Of a stretch of DNA of 16,477 nt, positions 13,678 to 16,477 are shown piece after piece. A program made the position numbers and the translations under genes. The stretch is taken from positions 1 to 16,477 of the forward strand of contig DUFS01000001.1 in the NCBI GenBank assembly GCA_013331805.1, read 5' to 3'. Source of the stretch: Candidatus Micrarchaeota archaeon. GTDB taxonomy: Archaea > Micrarchaeota > Micrarchaeia > Anstonellales > Anstonellaceae. Numbering within the stretch: position 1 is the first letter of the stretch; every line of letters begins with the position of its first letter. A model generated the notes under the pieces. It ran no database searches and was not told the DNA's origin. It worked only from the letters and a program-made list of their open reading frames with translations.

Positions 13678-16245
13678 TTACTCTTTTTGCGCAGGGCTGA
13701 TCCACCTGTAAAATTCAACCTTGCCAAGCTCGGTTGCTGCAAAGTAGACTGCAAGTATGGCTGCTATGAGCCCCAGGATTGGTAGCGGGAGGGGGGTGAA
13801 GTGGAAAAGGGTTGCCACTGGCTCGAAATAGACCACAGCGAAAGTCAATGCTATGACGCCGACTGCGGCTGCAACCAGGGCTGTGGACGGCACGCTCCTG
13901 AAGAACGGGACAGTGGTGCGAAGCGAGAACACGATTATGATTTCGGACAAAAGCGACTCCAAGAACCACGCGGTCCTGAAGGTGGTGGCGTCCGCATTCA
14001 TGATGAAAAAGAGTATGCCTATGAGCAGGAGGTCGAAAACCGTGCTAATAAGGCCGAAAAATGCCATGAATTTCATTATCATGCCAGTGTCCCATTTCTG
14101 CGGCTTTTTCCTGTAATGCTCATCCACATTGTCAGCTGCAATGCTCAGCATGGGGATGTCCGAGAGCAGGTTGTTCAGCAGTATCTGGGAAGGGAGCATG
14201 GGAATGAACGGAAGGAAGAAGGAGGAGAGCGCCACTGTTATCATGTTGCCGTTGTTCGCGCTCATGGTGTAAAGTATGTATTTTGTTATGTTTCCGAATA
14301 TCTTCCTGCCTTCCTCCACCCCGTCGGCAATGACATCCAGGTTCTTGTCCAGAAGTATTATGTGCGACGCCTCCTTTGCGACATCCGAGGCTGAATCAAC
14401 CGATATTCCCACGTCGGCAGTGCGAAGCGCTGGCGCGTCGTTTATCCCATCGCCCATGAATCCGACCACATGGCCGCTCTGCCTTAAGCTTTCCACTATC
14501 CGCAGCTTCTGGTCCGGCGTGACCCGCGCAAACACGTTGTACTTTTCCACTGCGCGAAGCAATTCCTTAGGCTTCAACCTGGAAAGCATGGCGCCCGTGG
14601 CCACTTCGCCTCCGGTTATTTTCAGCCCAATGTCCGAGCAGAGCTTGGCAGTGACCAGGGAGTCGTCGCCGCTCACGATCTTCAGGCTCACACCAAGACT
14701 TTCCAGTCTTTCTATGGTCGCTTTAACAGTGGCTTTGGGGGGGTTGCTCAGGAGCACAAAGCCCAAAAACACCATGCTGTTTTCATCCGAAGCCGAATAC
14801 TTTGCCTTGGCTGGGACTTCCCTGTATGCGACTGCAATGGTGGTGAAGCCCTCGCGGTTATAACCCGAAATCATCCTCTTTATCACGCTGATATTCCTTG
14901 AAATGGGCGTTTCCTTGCCGTTCATCCTTAACCGCGTACAGGCTGAAATCACGGACTCGGGAGCGCCTTTTACTACGAGGTATCTTTTCTTCCCCTCCAT
15001 CACCACCTGGCCCATCCTCCTTCTTACGAAATCAAAGGGGATGATTTGCTGCTTGGCGAAGCGTGAAACATCTATTTTTTTGGCAATGCCCCCCTTTCTT
15101 ATTGCAACATCTATGGGATTGCCTTTGACGTACACGTTGCCTACCGCGGCATTGCAAAGGAAAGCGTACTCCAATACGTCATGGCTGTCGTTGTTGTCCA
15201 GGTCCACGAACCTTTCGAACTTTATGCTCTCGTCCGTGAGCGTGCCTGTCTTATCCGTGCAAAGCACGTCCATGTTCCCCAAATCCTCGATGGCCACGAG
15301 CTTTTTGGTTATCACCTTCTTCTTCGCAAGATACATGCTTCCGCTCGTGAGGCTGATGGTGATTATTGCCGGAAGCGCCTCAGGGGCAATTCCTACAGCA
15401 AGCGCCAGGGCAAATAGTATGGAGTCGGACAGGGGATTCTTGTCGCCGTGCCCAAGGAAGTAATTGACCAGGAACACGAACAGCGCCATGGCAAGAACAA
15501 GCTTGAACACCATGTCTCCAAAAGTGCGCACCTTGCTGTGGAAATCCGATTCAGGCACCCTGGCAGAGAAAAGCGATGCTGTCTTTCCAAAAAATGTGGA
15601 CCCGCCTATTGACACCACCAGGCATTTTGCTGAGCCTGCGACCACTGTGGTGCCCATGAAACAGCCGTTTTTTATTTCCTGGGGGCTGGAGCCCGTTGGC
15701 ACTGATGAGGCATCCTTCATGACTTCCCTGGACTCGCCGGTGAGCACGGATTCGTTTATGGCAAGCCCCTCGGACTCGATTATCCTCATGTCCGCGGGCA
15801 CAATGTCGCCGGCGCCAAGAAAGACAATGTCGCCAGGCACCAGCTGGCGCGAGTCAAGCTGTTCCTTTTGCTTGTCCCGCAGCACCACTGCGCGGTAGGT
15901 GAAATATTTCCGAAGCGCTGCAAGCGCCTTTTCAGACTTGTACTCCTGGAAAAAGCCGAGTATTACCGCTCCGATTATGCAGGCGAGTATCATCAGCGTG
16001 TCGAATAGGTCGCCCAGGAAAGCAGAAATGAATGTCGCTGCCACCAATATGAGAAGAAGGGGGCTTTGGAACTGGGAGAACAGTATGGCAAGCCATCCCT
16101 GGCTTGCCTTGTCGGCCACAGCGTTCGGGCCAAAATGCATTGCGCGGGTTTTCGCCTCAGAATGGGAAAGCCCCTCATGAGAGGATGAAAGCGCTGAAAA
16201 AGCCTTGCGGATGTCTCCCTTCCACTGTGCGCCTGTGGCCTCCAT
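13678..16245 (-). CDS. mgtA: Magnesium-translocating P-type ATPase (type IIIB)
   Basis: LTGES, AVGIAPEALP, DKTGTLT, KGAPE and GDGINDAP. The IIIB-like C-terminal motifs SANNGNM, QILLNNLLSD...DNVD and FRTAWFLES...FSLRT are present. Start is ATG 16245 or TTG 16260. Confidence 0.88.
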   Translation of the reverse strand: MEATGAQWKGDIRKAFSALSSSHEGLSHSEAKTRAMHFGPNAVADKASQGWLAILFSQFQSPLLLILVAATFISAFLGDLFDTLMILACIIGAVILGFFQEYKSEKALAALRKYFTYRAVVLRDKQKEQLDSRQLVPGDIVFLGAGDIVPADMRIIESEGLAINESVLTGESREVMKDASSVPTGSSPQEIKNGCFMGTTVVAGSAKCLVVSIGGSTFFGKTASLFSARVPESDFHSKVRTFGDMVFKLVLAMALFVFLVNYFLGHGDKNPLSDSILFALALAVGIAPEALPAIITISLTSGSMYLAKKKVITKKLVAIEDLGNMDVLCTDKTGTLTDESIKFERFVDLDNNDSHDVLEYAFLCNAAVGNVYVKGNPIDVAIRKGGIAKKIDVSRFAKQQIIPFDFVRRRMGQVVMEGKKRYLVVKGAPESVISACTRLRMNGKETPISRNISVIKRMISGYNREGFTTIAVAYREVPAKAKYSASDENSMVFLGFVLLSNPPKATVKATIERLESLGVSLKIVSGDDSLVTAKLCSDIGLKITGGEVATGAMLSRLKPKELLRAVEKYNVFARVTPDQKLRIVESLRQSGHVVGFMGDGINDAPALRTADVGISVDSASDVAKEASHIILLDKNLDVIADGVEEGRKIFGNITKYILYTMSANNGNMITVALSSFFLPFIPMLPSQILLNNLLSDIPMLSIAADNVDEHYRKKPQKWDTGMIMKFMAFFGLISTVFDLLLIGILFFIMNADATTFRTAWFLESLLSEIIIVFSLRTTVPFFRSVPSTALVAAAVGVIALTFAVVYFEPVATLFHFTPLPLPILGLIAAILAVYFAATELGKVEFYRWISPAQKE

Positions 16246-16330
16246 GCGCCGGTTTCTCAATGAACCTTAAAAAATAGGAAGGGATTAGTCCTTTAATGTT
16301 TGCGAAGTTAATCTGGATGAAGCTGGTAAA

Positions 16331-16477
16331 ATGGCAAAGAAAAAGCGCACCTTCCTTGGCAATATTTGGGGGTTTGCCAAATATGTTTGGGGCATTGCAA
16401 AGTGGATAGGCGTTGCAGTGTGGAATTTGGCTCGGAAGGGAATAAGAGCAAGGCAAGCATCAGAACTTGAGAAAAAA
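16331..16477 (+). CDS. Partial CDS running off the window, with a Trp-periodic amphipathic N-terminus
   Basis: ATG 16331 follows GCTGGT and stays open to the end: MAKKKRTFLGNIWGFAKYVWGIAKWIGVAVWNLARKGIRARQASELEKK. Confidence 0.6.
   Translation, partial: MAKKKRTFLGNIWGFAKYVWGIAKWIGVAVWNLARKGIRARQASELEKK

Overview
A gene-dense window that is probably archaeal: there are TTTATAAA/TTATATAA TATA boxes, GGTGA/GGAGGTG ribosome-binding sites, apparently leaderless genes, a COG1361-type surface protein and many N-X-S/T sequons. A DPANN (Micrarchaeota-like) origin is an inference only. The left 3.3 kb is an accessory toxin-antitoxin-rich patch. It holds a small helical ORF converging on a PIN-domain gene, a papain-family (C1A) cysteine protease, an intact AbrB-RelE pair with a palindromic operator, and a 3' fragment of a second RelE joined head-to-head to an apparently 5'-truncated secreted protein. 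Next come a DUF333 membrane-anchored protein, a PadR regulator divergent from an ABC-2 ATPase/permease/COG1361 operon, an RNB-family exoribonuclease and two small hypotheticals. The right end has a non-canonical PurD-like ATP-grasp ligase divergently paired with an M20/M28/M42-like metallohydrolase, a pseudogenised ICMT/PEMT-family methyltransferase, an MgtA-type P-type ATPase and the start of one more gene. No rRNA, tRNA, CRISPR array or transposase was seen. The best novel-system candidates are the PurD-like ligase/hydrolase divergon and the PIN/protease/TA cluster. All family assignments are from motif recognition, not database searches.
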